Shown: in pieces, positions 52,465-61,660 of the stretch | How positions within the stretch are numbered: the first letter of the stretch is position 1 | Layout: each line of letters begins with the position of its first letter | NCBI GenBank assembly: GCA_965198115.1 | Contig: OZ240241.1 | Coordinates: 512,001-576,000 of the forward strand | Origin: Candidatus Latescibacterota bacterium | GTDB lineage: Bacteria; Latescibacterota; UBA2968 | Direction: 5' to 3' | DNA length: 64,000 nt | Position numbers and translations under genes: made by a program | Notes under the pieces: model-generated | Told to the model about the DNA's origin: nothing | The model's input: only the letters and a program-made list of their open reading frames with translations | Databases searched by the model: none

Positions 52465-53884
52465 GGCTATATCCAGATCTCTCAACGAGCTGAAGTGGGT
52501 GAAGGTGCCGTGGTTCCTGGCATGGGGGCGCGGTTAGCGTGTGCGGAACCTCTTCGGAATCTGCTCAGGGATGTTTATGTCTCCGACGGTAAGGAAGATC
52601 ATATCGTTGAATGCGTCGAGTGTGCGGAATCCGCTGGCTCGGTTCTTGACGATTTGGACGATTCGGTTGAGGCCTTCGGCGATGGCGTTGGTAAGACGCG
52701 TGTTCACGAATGCGAGGACGCCGAAGAAGTGCTGTCGCAGGGTCCTGACGAACTTTCGCAGGGGTTCACGTCGACTTCTGAGTGCGGACGTCGTCCAGCA
52801 TTTCAGGAAGCGTTCGGCAGCCCAGGGCGCTTTGTATTCCCAGAACTGCTCGAACTCGTCCTTGAGTCTCCAGGCTCTATAGATTCGGTAGTTCGCCTTC
52901 TCCAGTGCTTTGAGTGTCCGAGTATCCCCTCTGGAGCGTGTCGCTGAGTGCCGGTAGAGGAGCCATCGGAGGCCCTTCATGGCTTTGCGCTCATCCGGGG
53001 CAGCTTTACGCCACTGGTCCTTACGGACCTCGTCAACGGCGGCATTGAGAGCCTTGACGATGTGAAAGCGATCGAGGACCAGCTTGGCATTCGGACAGTG
53101 TTCCTGGATGGCTCCGATGTAAGCTTCGCTCATGTCGCAGCAGGCCCACTCGATCTTGGATCTCTGGTAGGGACTGAGAGCCTCTGTGAAGAACCGATCG
53201 ATCGTTTTACGCGCCCTGCCGCGGCCAACCCACACCACGCAGGAGCGGTCCAGATCGTAAACGAGCGTGGCGTACCTGTGACGCTTGGCGTAGGAGATCT
53301 CGTCGATCCCGATGGTTTTGAGCCCTCGGATACGATGACCTTCACGAAGCCGCGTGATGGATCGGTGAAGGAGATCCGACAGCGTCGAGGCAGAGATGCG
53401 CAGTAACTCGGACGCCGCCTTCTGCGTCATGGTCTGGCAGTAGCGCAGCATGGCATACTCGAAGCGATACGTCACCCGAGAGAACCGCTCCGCCCACGGA
53501 ATCTCCTCGACCACACGACCGTGGGTAGGACACCGAATCTCCCGAGGATGGTAGAGAAGCCAGACCCTCCACCCGCACACCGGAATGTCACGCCACCGAC
53601 GCGGATGGGGCATTGTGCGGACGATTTTACCTCGACGGCCGCACTCCGGACAACAACAACCATTCTTATGTGGCTTTACGGCGATGACGAAACAGCTTCT
53701 CCCCTCAAACCACCAGCTGACAACACGGAACCCCTTGAATCTCAGCAGTTTCGATAGTAATCTGCTCCCGGTCATAGGTCGCACCCCCTTCGCTTTGATT
53801 GTCCTACACACACAACCAAGCGTAGGGAACGATCTATGACCTTGTCATTCTATAGTTTCACCGTTGAGAAACCCGGATAGAGCC
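52465..53884 (-). mobile_element. ISL3-family insertion sequence
   Basis: TIRs GGCTATATCCAGATCTCTCAACG / GGCTCTATCCGGGTTTCTCAACG; T7G at both flanks. Confidence 0.92.
52534..53775 (-). CDS. ISL3-family transposase
   Basis: CPECG Zn finger, IGIDE, CDMS, DRFH, TNAIAEGLN, GFR. Confidence 0.94.
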   Translation of the reverse strand: MTGSRLLSKLLRFKGFRVVSWWFEGRSCFVIAVKPHKNGCCCPECGRRGKIVRTMPHPRRWRDIPVCGWRVWLLYHPREIRCPTHGRVVEEIPWAERFSRVTYRFEYAMLRYCQTMTQKAASELLRISASTLSDLLHRSITRLREGHRIRGLKTIGIDEISYAKRHRYATLVYDLDRSCVVWVGRGRARKTIDRFFTEALSPYQRSKIEWACCDMSEAYIGAIQEHCPNAKLVLDRFHIVKALNAAVDEVRKDQWRKAAPDERKAMKGLRWLLYRHSATRSRGDTRTLKALEKANYRIYRAWRLKDEFEQFWEYKAPWAAERFLKCWTTSALRSRREPLRKFVRTLRQHFFGVLAFVNTRLTNAIAEGLNRIVQIVKNRASGFRTLDAFNDMIFLTVGDINIPEQIPKRFRTR

Positions 53885-53924
53885 ATTTTTTTGTGGTAAA
53901 ACCGTGGGCGCGTTCTGACGCGCC

Positions 53925-55748
53925 TTATGGGGCCGTTCCCGTCGCGTCCCGGACCTCTTCGATGCCTCCGAGCGCACGCAAGTCCTTGAACAGGCTATCG
54001 TAGGCCACCTGACCGGGAACGGAGACGACGAACCGGTCACCCACCTGACCGTCCCGGGTGCTGACGCGACCTTCGAGGATCGATATATCGAGCCCCGAGA
54101 CGATTCGGGTGACGTCCAGGAGGAATCCATCGCGGTCTGAGCCGAGGATCTCGATCACGATCGTACGAGGCCAGTCGGCTTCGGCGAGACGGTCGCGTAG
54201 ATGCCGCCGAATTTGTGTCCGGGCCTTGCGGCTCTTCACGAAATCGAGCCATTGAGCTTCGGGCCTGACGTCATCGGACGGGATGACCTCGACGCGGCTG
54301 CCCGTTTGAAGCAGGCTGTGGAGGGGCGCCGAGCGGCCGTCGACTCGCGCCGCCGCGCACCGGAGCCCCAGGTCGGAGTGGATGGCGAAGGCGAAGTCGA
54401 TGGGGGTCGCGTCGCGCGGCAGCTGAACGGGATCGCCATCGGGCGTGAGCACGTAGATCTCGTCGGGAAACAGGTCGATCTTGAGGTCTTCCATGAACTC
54501 GAGGGGATCGGTCGTTTCGCGTTCCCACTCGAGCATCCCTCGAAGCCAGGGCATGTGCTGGTCGAGCTCGGTCGGCTTGTCGCCCCCTTCCTTGTAGCGC
54601 CAGTGTGCGGCGATGCCGACTTCGGACGTTTGGTGCATATCCCAGGTTCTGATTTGAACCTCGACCATGATGTTTTGCGGGCTGATGATGGTCGTGTGCA
54701 GTGACTGATACCTGTTGGCTTTGGGTGTGGCGATGAAGTCCTTGAATCGGGCCATGACGGGTCGGAAAACAGAGTGGACGATGCCCATAACGGTGTAGCA
54801 CTCCTGCACTGACCCGACGATGATGCGCAGGGCCATGAGATCGTAGATTTCCTCGAATCCGATCTGCCTGCGCAGCATTTTTTTGTGAATGCTGTAGAAG
54901 TTTTTGGGTCTCCCCGCGATGCTGGTTTCGATGCCGGTGGCGTTGACGGCTTCCAGGATGGGCTCTCGAACCTCTTCGAGGAAGGCCTCGCGCTCCTGTC
55001 TTTTGAGCAGAATCCTGTCACGAATGTCGGCGTAGGCTTCGGGTTCCAGCCACTTGAGACTAAGATCCTCCATTTCCCACCGGATACGGGCGATACCGAG
55101 CCGGTGGGCGAGTGGCGCGTAGATGTCCCGACTTTCGAGCGCCATTCGCTGTTGCGTTTCGTCGTCGAGCTCTTCGAGGTGGCGCAAGTTGTGGAGCCGA
55201 TCCGCGAACTTGATGAGGACGACGCGGAGATCTTCGGCGAGGGTGAGGAGCATCGTGCGGAAGTGCTCCGAGCGTGCTTCCTGAGGTGCTCGGAAGATGT
55301 TGTCTTTGATCTTGCCGACGCCCTCAACGAGGGTGGCGATCTCGTCGCCGAATTCCTCACGCAGAGACGGCAGTGGCCGGGTCTTTTCGTCCAGGGCCTC
55401 GTGAAGCAGGCCCGCCGCGACCGTCGTCGATCCTATGTTCATGTCGATGAGAATCCGAGCGACCGCGAGCGCGTGCTCGATGAGCGGCTTGCCGGAACGT
55501 CGGCGTTCGGCGCGATAGGTGCGTTCTGCGAAGTGGTAGGCGTCGGAGAGTAGAACGAGGTTGTGCGAGGACCTCACGGCGAGAGCAGCCTCGAGGAGGC
55601 TGTACAGGATGGGGTCACCAGACGCTCGTTTGAGGGCTTTTTCGTTGGCCGCCGCGTCTTGTGCGCTGAACAGCGTCGCTGCTTCGTCGATACTTGGGTA
55701 TGTGGTGAGCTGAGTCAATTCGGGGGCCCGGGCTCCTGGGTGACTCAT
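53925..55748 (-). CDS. RelA/SpoT-family protein (degenerate HD, synthetase, TGS, ACT)
   Basis: IKFADRLHN, YAPLAHRLG, GRPK, RFKD, YQSLHTT, EVQIRT, AAHWRYKEG, ATPIDFAF. Confidence 0.9.
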   Translation of the reverse strand: MSHPGARAPELTQLTTYPSIDEAATLFSAQDAAANEKALKRASGDPILYSLLEAALAVRSSHNLVLLSDAYHFAERTYRAERRRSGKPLIEHALAVARILIDMNIGSTTVAAGLLHEALDEKTRPLPSLREEFGDEIATLVEGVGKIKDNIFRAPQEARSEHFRTMLLTLAEDLRVVLIKFADRLHNLRHLEELDDETQQRMALESRDIYAPLAHRLGIARIRWEMEDLSLKWLEPEAYADIRDRILLKRQEREAFLEEVREPILEAVNATGIETSIAGRPKNFYSIHKKMLRRQIGFEEIYDLMALRIIVGSVQECYTVMGIVHSVFRPVMARFKDFIATPKANRYQSLHTTIISPQNIMVEVQIRTWDMHQTSEVGIAAHWRYKEGGDKPTELDQHMPWLRGMLEWERETTDPLEFMEDLKIDLFPDEIYVLTPDGDPVQLPRDATPIDFAFAIHSDLGLRCAAARVDGRSAPLHSLLQTGSRVEVIPSDDVRPEAQWLDFVKSRKARTQIRRHLRDRLAEADWPRTIVIEILGSDRDGFLLDVTRIVSGLDISILEGRVSTRDGQVGDRFVVSVPGQVAYDSLFKDLRALGGIEEVRDATGTAP

Positions 55749-55775
55749 TAAATATACCAACGGAGGGTGCTTTGG

Positions 55776-55965
55776 ACCACGAAAGACGGAAAAACTGGAG
55801 ACCACGAAAGACGAAACTTGGGACCACGGAACACACGGAACACACGGAACACACGGAACACACGGAAGGGGGGTGGCTCAGGACATCGGGGCCCTATTCG
55901 GGGAGAGGCTCGAGGTAGCCGGGGGCGGGGAAAAACGAACCACGAAATACACGAAAAACACGAAA
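55776..55965. repeat. Cluster of 9-bp-period CACG(G/A)AANA repeats
   Basis: (CACGGAACA)x4.8 at 55825-55867; CACGAAANA x3 at 55941-55965; ACCACGAAAGACG x2. Confidence 0.85.
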
Positions 55966-56035
55966 GAGGATGGCTCGGCACATCCAGACCCTACCCGGGG
56001 AGAGGCTCCCTCAGCTCCCCTGCACCCTTTGCCAA

Positions 56036-57079
56036 TCAGTCTCGGCGGCGTTCGGCGGTTTGGCGGCGGCGGCGGGCGAGTTCGCGCATGTCTTCGACCT
56101 GGTCGAGCTCGTCGACGATTTCTTTGCCCAGGATTTCTTCGAGCACGTCTTCGAGGGTCAAGACGCCGGCGAGGCCGCTGTATTCGTCGATGACGATGAA
56201 CAGGTGCTGGCGCTGTTCGAGGAAAGCGTCGAGGATGCCGTCCAGAGCAGAGGACTCGACGACGAAATGAACCGGCCGCATGAGGGTTGAAAGGGTGACA
56301 TCTTCGCGATCCTGGGCGAGTGCGGCGAGTATGTCGCGGCGCATGACGATGCCCACGATGTCTTCGAAGTCTTCTGCATAGACCGGAATGCGGCTGTGGG
56401 CCCACGTTCCGCTCTGGCCTCGCGCTTCACCGACCGTCATGTCCTCGGCCAACGCGAAAACGACCGTCCGCGGGGTCATGATTTCCCGGGCGGTCTTCGA
56501 CTTCAACGACAGGATGTTTTGGATGACACGGGCCTCGTCGGCCTCGATGCCGCCCGTGCGGGCTCCGAGTCTGGCCAAGGAGAGAATGTCGTCACTCGAG
56601 ACGTCGTTCTGGTCATCCTTGCGTGGGACGATTCGGGTGGCCAGGCGGCACAACCCGATCAGCGGCGCGAAAACCCAGACGAGGATCTGTAGGGGACGCG
56701 CGATCCAGACATTGAGGGGCCGACTGAAGACTGCGCCGACAGTCTTGGGTATGACTTCGGAAAAGAATAGGACCGACAGGGTCAAGCACCCCTGGAAAAA
56801 AGCGCTGAGGTCCTCTCCCTCGTCTCCCAGCCACCGGAGGAACGCGGCGCCGGCAAAGGCGGCCCCTCCCGTGTTGGCGATGGTGTTGAGCGAGAGGATC
56901 GCGGAGAGGGGGCGATCGACGTTCTGACGCAATCTGCGGAAGATCTGGCCGGACCGATTTCCTTCCTGGGCCAGCTTTTCGATGTGGCTCAGAGGAGCCG
57001 ACAACAGGACGGCCTCGAACAGAGAGCAGGTTGCCGAAACGAAGATCACGGCGGCGACTGAGATCGCGAGTTCGGTTAT
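56036..57079 (-). CDS. CNNM/DUF21-CBS (hemolysin/CorB-like) membrane protein
   Basis: CSLFEAVLLS, LNTIAN, SEVIPK, IMTPR, HSRIPV, TLEDVLEEILG; start uncertain (ATA 57079 or GTG 57049). Confidence 0.88.
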   Translation of the reverse strand: MTELAISVAAVIFVSATCSLFEAVLLSAPLSHIEKLAQEGNRSGQIFRRLRQNVDRPLSAILSLNTIANTGGAAFAGAAFLRWLGDEGEDLSAFFQGCLTLSVLFFSEVIPKTVGAVFSRPLNVWIARPLQILVWVFAPLIGLCRLATRIVPRKDDQNDVSSDDILSLARLGARTGGIEADEARVIQNILSLKSKTAREIMTPRTVVFALAEDMTVGEARGQSGTWAHSRIPVYAEDFEDIVGIVMRRDILAALAQDREDVTLSTLMRPVHFVVESSALDGILDAFLEQRQHLFIVIDEYSGLAGVLTLEDVLEEILGKEIVDELDQVEDMRELARRRRQTAERRRD

Positions 57080-57191
57080 TCTGGGAGGCCTCAGGTTGGC
57101 TTTGGCGCGGGGCGTGTCGGGGTCCTAATAGCCCGACGGGGGACCTGGAGGGTCAAGGGAATTCGCCGGACCGGAGATTCCCGGTTTTCGC

Positions 57192-57220
57192 TTGCCCGCC
57201 CCCGTTCGAGACCCTACATT
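57192..57220 (+). promoter_or_regulatory. Putative sigma70 promoter
   Basis: TTGCCC-17 bp-TACATT upstream of 57290. Confidence 0.45.
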
Positions 57221-57289
57221 ACGGTCGTCAAGCGGGCCGGAGCGAGGTGGTTTCGGACACCCTCCGGCCCTCTAACATTATAGAAAACA

Positions 57290-57661
57290 ATGAATAAAGT
57301 CAGATACGATACGGTCAGAGAGGTCTCCTACGCGCCAGAACGGCTGGTGATGCTCTCCGACACCCTCCAGAGCACGGATCATCTCTGCCATCTGAGCCAG
57401 ATGATCAGCACGGGCCCCGATCCGATCCGTCTGTCGCAGGTGAAGGACGTGATCGAAACCGTCATCCAAGGACGCAAGTACGAGGTCCTTCTGCTCCGCG
57501 CTCAGGGCAAGACGTTCGCGGAGATTGCCCTCCTCCTGTCGATTTCGAAGAGTGCGGTACAGAGCCACCACCGGCAGGCGGTGAAGCGCGTTCGCCTCGC
57601 GTTGGGGGTCGATCGCCCTGCATCACCCGCTTCGCCCGTTGCATCCGTCGCTGCCACCTGA
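57290..57661 (+). CDS. Small sigma70 region-4/LuxR-like HTH protein
   Basis: GKTFAEIALLLSISKSAVQSHHRQAVKRVR. Confidence 0.72.
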   Translation: MNKVRYDTVREVSYAPERLVMLSDTLQSTDHLCHLSQMISTGPDPIRLSQVKDVIETVIQGRKYEVLLLRAQGKTFAEIALLLSISKSAVQSHHRQAVKRVRLALGVDRPASPASPVASVAAT

Positions 57662-57683
57662 TCTGAGGATCGTTGCAGAGACC

Positions 57684-57709
57684 GCCGGAGCGTCCGCTCC
57701 GGCTTTTTT
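57684..57709 (+). terminator. Intrinsic terminator
   Basis: gccggagc-gtcc-gctccggc followed by T6. Confidence 0.85.
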
Positions 57710-57800
57710 GTGTACATTTCGCTTTATGCAGTGTGCCCCGGGGCGTATGTTTGGGCCCCATCGCCCTGCATTCACTCAAACAGTCAACCAGGAGCCCGAC

Positions 57801-58202
57801 ATGCCGGATTTCCTGCACACTCGTGTTCGTGTTAGCGATCTGGACACCTCGATTGCCTACTATTGCGACCATCTCGGATTCAAGGTTAAGAGTCGATCGG
57901 ACAAGTCTCCGGCGGGGAACCAGATCTGTCATCTCGAATTGCCCGGAAACCCTCACACGCTTGAACTGACGTATTCGGCCGATTACCAGATGAACGTGCC
58001 CGAAGATTTGATGCATTTTGCGATCGGCGTTCCCGATCTGATCTCCTTGTGCGACGAGCTGGAGAAGAAGGGGCTCGAGATCTGGCCCGGTGACTGGCGG
58101 GAGACCTTCCCTGAGGGTCGGAAGATGGCCTTCGTCGATGATCCGGATGGTTATGAAATCGAATTGCTGGAACGGCCCGACGCGACACCCGTAGGCGAGT
58201 AA
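57801..58202 (+). CDS. VOC/glyoxalase I family protein
   Basis: FLHTRVRVSDL, LELTY, HFAIGV, DPDGYEIEL. Confidence 0.9.
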   Translation: MPDFLHTRVRVSDLDTSIAYYCDHLGFKVKSRSDKSPAGNQICHLELPGNPHTLELTYSADYQMNVPEDLMHFAIGVPDLISLCDELEKKGLEIWPGDWRETFPEGRKMAFVDDPDGYEIELLERPDATPVGE

Positions 58203-58210
58203 CCCGCGGG

Positions 58211-58630
58211 ATGGCTCTTCGGGACATTCGAATAGATTCTGTGGAGCTCGTCGAGGATGACGAGCTGATCGCAGACTTCCGTTCGGCCTGCCCTTGGCTC
58301 GAGGATTTCACAGGAGGAGGTGTTGCGCTGCGCGCGTTCCATCGTGACACATCCGTCGGCGTTTGCGCGTGGCGTGAGGATGAGTTCGTGGCCTCCTTTG
58401 GTCCGATCTACGTGCGACCCGACCGACGGCGGTTCGGGGTAGGCGGTACGCTCCTGGATGTCGCGCTGTCCTGGATGAGGAAACGGGGCATCCGTCAGAT
58501 TGATGCCCGTTTTGCGACGGGAGATTCCGCTGCCGAGAGACTCTTCGTGTCCCGTGGGTTTCGCTCGCTCGGTGAGGAGCGAGATCCGACCAGCGCAGTG
58601 ACGTGGGTGGAAAAGACGATCAAGAGTTGA
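58211..58630 (+). CDS. GNAT N-acetyltransferase
   Basis: YVRPDRRRFGVG, A..LFVSRGF. Confidence 0.82.
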   Translation: MALRDIRIDSVELVEDDELIADFRSACPWLEDFTGGGVALRAFHRDTSVGVCAWREDEFVASFGPIYVRPDRRRFGVGGTLLDVALSWMRKRGIRQIDARFATGDSAAERLFVSRGFRSLGEERDPTSAVTWVEKTIKS

Positions 58631-58632
58631 CG

Positions 58633-59907
58633 ATGGCTCGATTCGATGATCTGATGCTCGATACGCAGGCCTGGGGAACGTGGCACCCCCCGGCCGCCAC
58701 GGAGCCGGTCTTCCAGATCGATGGAGAGGGAGGACCCGACGCACGACCCGGCCTGGTCATCGAAGCAACAGGAGCGAACAACGCGTGCGGATGCTGGCGT
58801 CTGCCTCTCAGGTTCGAGTCGACTCGGTTTTATTGGGTGGAGGTGGTCTTTCGAACCGAGGGAATGGCCGCCCCGCAGAAGTCGGTCCGCGCAATCCTGA
58901 CCACACCAGATGAAGGCGGCGACTCGTTCTATGACCAGCTCAATCCGGGGGGGGATCGGGATGGCTGGTCAGTTCTTCATCGAGACTTGGATGGATCGAC
59001 GGTCCCCGACACGTTGACGCTCAACCTCTTTCTGGCCTACCCCCGCGCAGGGCACGTCGTCTGGTCCGAAGCCCGCTGTTACGAGTTCAACTCGAGGCCC
59101 TCACGAAAGGTTCGGGTGGCAGCCGTCTCGGGCAATCCGCCAGAAGACGGGAGCCCATCGGACTCGGCGGATTTCTATTGCGAGCGATTGGATGGGTTGG
59201 CCGAGGGGGATCGCCCGGACATTGTCGTTCTACCGGAATTGATCAACGTGATGGGGTTGCGTGATGCAGTCGGCTTTGCAGAGCCGATTCCTGGACCGAC
59301 GTCGTTGAGGCTCGCGGAGCGTGCCCGAATGCACGGGTTCTGGATTGCTGCCAGCCTCCAGGAAACCTACTCGGGAGCCGTGTGGAACACGGGGGTTTTG
59401 ATCGATCGCCACGGCGGGTTCGTCGGCAAGTATCGAAAGACCCACCCGACCCTCAGCGAGAGTCTCCTGAACGGGACTGTACCGGGCGACGACTATCCCG
59501 TGTTCCAAACAGAGTTCGGAACAGTCGGCTATCTAATCTGTTACGACAACCACTACCCTGAGGTCGCGCGGTGTCTGTCGCTCAAAGGCGCTGAGCTTCT
59601 GTTGTTCTCGAACGCGGGCGATGGCCGGGAGGAGGGAGATCTCTGGGAGGCCTACGTGCGCACCCGAGCCCTCGACAACCAGGTTCACATCGCCGCAGCT
59701 GTCAACAATGCTTCGCAGTCGATGATCGTCAGCCCGAGAGGCGAGATTCTGGAGCGCGCGGATGGGTCGCCGGGGGGTACCGCCTTGGCCGAGTGCGATT
59801 TGGACGTTACGGTGCGCGATTCCACCGGGCGCCCGCTGTCGCGACGGTATGATGTTTTGCGCAGGTCAGATACGTTCGGGGCTCTGGTTGAGTCGATCTT
59901 CGATTAA
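58633..59907 (+). CDS. Carbon-nitrogen hydrolase with extra N-terminal domain
   Basis: Catalytic triad motifs LPEL, YRKTH, ICYD. Confidence 0.88.
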   Translation: MARFDDLMLDTQAWGTWHPPAATEPVFQIDGEGGPDARPGLVIEATGANNACGCWRLPLRFESTRFYWVEVVFRTEGMAAPQKSVRAILTTPDEGGDSFYDQLNPGGDRDGWSVLHRDLDGSTVPDTLTLNLFLAYPRAGHVVWSEARCYEFNSRPSRKVRVAAVSGNPPEDGSPSDSADFYCERLDGLAEGDRPDIVVLPELINVMGLRDAVGFAEPIPGPTSLRLAERARMHGFWIAASLQETYSGAVWNTGVLIDRHGGFVGKYRKTHPTLSESLLNGTVPGDDYPVFQTEFGTVGYLICYDNHYPEVARCLSLKGAELLLFSNAGDGREEGDLWEAYVRTRALDNQVHIAAAVNNASQSMIVSPRGEILERADGSPGGTALAECDLDVTVRDSTGRPLSRRYDVLRRSDTFGALVESIFD

Positions 59908-60021
59908 CCGAAAGACAGCCACTGAGGACACTGAGAACGCGGAGAGTGGGATCAGGCGAAACTTCAAGGCCTGTGGGGGGAAGAGTTGACGATCGATCTG
60001 CGCGGTTGAGTAAGAAACACC

Positions 60022-60069
60022 GTCTCACTGAGCGGAGCCTGTCCTGAGCGGAGACGAAGGGTCGAAGTG
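60022..60069. repeat. Nested REP-like repeat
   Basis: cactgagcggag[cctgtcctgagcggagacgaagg]gtcgaagtg. Confidence 0.55.
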
Positions 60070-60111
60070 TTGGTGATCGGAAAGGACAGCCACGTAACCT
60101 CCAAGAGGCCG

Positions 60112-61029
60112 GTGAAACGTGTCGGCTTCGCCGTCACGCTCTTCCTGATCCTTGGAGTTGCTTATTGGTGGCTGAGGCCTGGGCGGTTGGTCGTTCGGAC
60201 GAACCCTGCGAACGCGACGGTGAAGATCGATGGGGAAGCGGTGGGGGAGACCACGGAGGATGGGCTCGACCTGCGGGTCTCTCGTGGCAGGCACGTGCTT
60301 CGGCTGGAGCGGGAAGGGTCCGAGCCGGTCGAGGTCGAGATCGTCATTGTGGGCGAGTCGATCACGATCGAGCGAACCCTGGCCCCTTCGGGGATGGTTT
60401 TCATCGAGGGCGGATCGTTTACGATGGGTGATGACGACGGCCCCTTCAATGAACGCCCTGCCCATCGCGTTACGCTTCGGTCTTTTTTCATCGACCACAC
60501 CGAGGTGACCATCGGGGTGTTTCGAGCGCATCGAGCGTCCTACGCAGCTCCTTTTGCGGGCGATCGGATGCCCGCGACGAACGTGAGCTGGCACGAGGCG
60601 GTCGCCTTTTGTGAATGGATGGGCAAGCGCCTTCCGACCGAAGCGGAGTGGGAGCGTGCTTGTCGGGGAAACACCGATGCCGCCTACGGTCACGCGGCCA
60701 GTTTCGATACCGACCGTGCGCGGGTGGGGCAGGCGCTGGACGCCGGTCCCGTCGCCGTCGGGAACTACGGGGCGAGCACGGAGGGGGTGTTCGATCTAAC
60801 CGGTAACGTGTGGGAGTGGTGTGCGGATTGGTACGATCGAAACGCCTACCGTCACGGCGACCGAGACAATCCGTCTGGCTCTACGACGGGATCTCGCCGG
60901 GTTCTACGCGGTGGGGCGTGGTACAGCAACGAACGTTTCGCACGGTGTACGCACAGGCCCGGCAACTTCCGAGCCGTGAGGGACCCGAGCTTCGGGTTTC
61001 GATGCGTGAAGGACGTCATTTTGGAATAA
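60112..61029 (+). CDS. Membrane-anchored PEGA + FGE-sulfatase (SUMF1-like) protein
   Basis: TM helix, PEGA (TNPANATVKIDG), RLPTEAEWE, GNVWEWC, GFRC. Confidence 0.9.
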   Translation: MKRVGFAVTLFLILGVAYWWLRPGRLVVRTNPANATVKIDGEAVGETTEDGLDLRVSRGRHVLRLEREGSEPVEVEIVIVGESITIERTLAPSGMVFIEGGSFTMGDDDGPFNERPAHRVTLRSFFIDHTEVTIGVFRAHRASYAAPFAGDRMPATNVSWHEAVAFCEWMGKRLPTEAEWERACRGNTDAAYGHAASFDTDRARVGQALDAGPVAVGNYGASTEGVFDLTGNVWEWCADWYDRNAYRHGDRDNPSGSTTGSRRVLRGGAWYSNERFARCTHRPGNFRAVRDPSFGFRCVKDVILE

Positions 61030-61043
61030 CGTGAGAGAATTCC

Positions 61044-61406
61044 ATGGCCAAACTGCTCGTGGTTGACGACAACGAGAGCATCTGCCAGCTCATCGATGAT
61101 TTTTTTCACGACCTGAAGGGTCACGAAGTGATCTCGACCCAGAAGGCCGAGGAAGCTGTCGAGTTGACGCGGGAACACAAGCCTGACCTGGCACTGCTCG
61201 ACATCATGATGCCCGGGATGCACGGCGTTCAGCTCCTCCGCCTGCTCAAACAGGTCGACCCCACGTTGAAGGCGATCATGATCACCGCTGTCGAAGATGA
61301 GGAGATCGCGCGCGAAGCCATGAAAGAAGGCGCCGCGGACTATGTGACGAAACCGCTCGACCTCAACTATCTGGATGCACAGGTTACGTTTAATTTGGCG
61401 TTGTAG
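61044..61406 (+). CDS. Single-domain response regulator
   Basis: LVVDD, LLDIMMPG, ITA, YVTKP. Confidence 0.92.
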   Translation: MAKLLVVDDNESICQLIDDFFHDLKGHEVISTQKAEEAVELTREHKPDLALLDIMMPGMHGVQLLRLLKQVDPTLKAIMITAVEDEEIAREAMKEGAADYVTKPLDLNYLDAQVTFNLAL

Positions 61407-61618
61407 ATGATGTAGGCGCGAGAACTTGATTGGGAAGTTGTGGGCACTGGCGGCCCGTAGGGGACATCTGTGGACCGTTTGCCGTGAACCGTTGGCCGGG
61501 AATTGGGAACGGGAACCGAGAACCGGATAATGACGCGATCGTTCAAGCAGGGCGTTTGCTTTGCATTCTGAATTGTTTTCAGTCCGTCCTGAGCCACCCC
61601 TGAACATATGTGAGGGGC

Positions 61619-61660
61619 CCACTGCCGACCGCCCACCGTCCACTGTCTACCGTCTACCGC
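61619..61660. repeat. Degenerate 7-bp tandem repeat x6
   Basis: ccactgc cgaccgc ccaccgt ccactgt ctaccgt ctaccgc. Confidence 0.75.

Noticed and set aside
55825-55867. Tandem repeats as a possible CRISPR array
   Set aside because: 9-bp units with no spacers, and no cas genes in the window.
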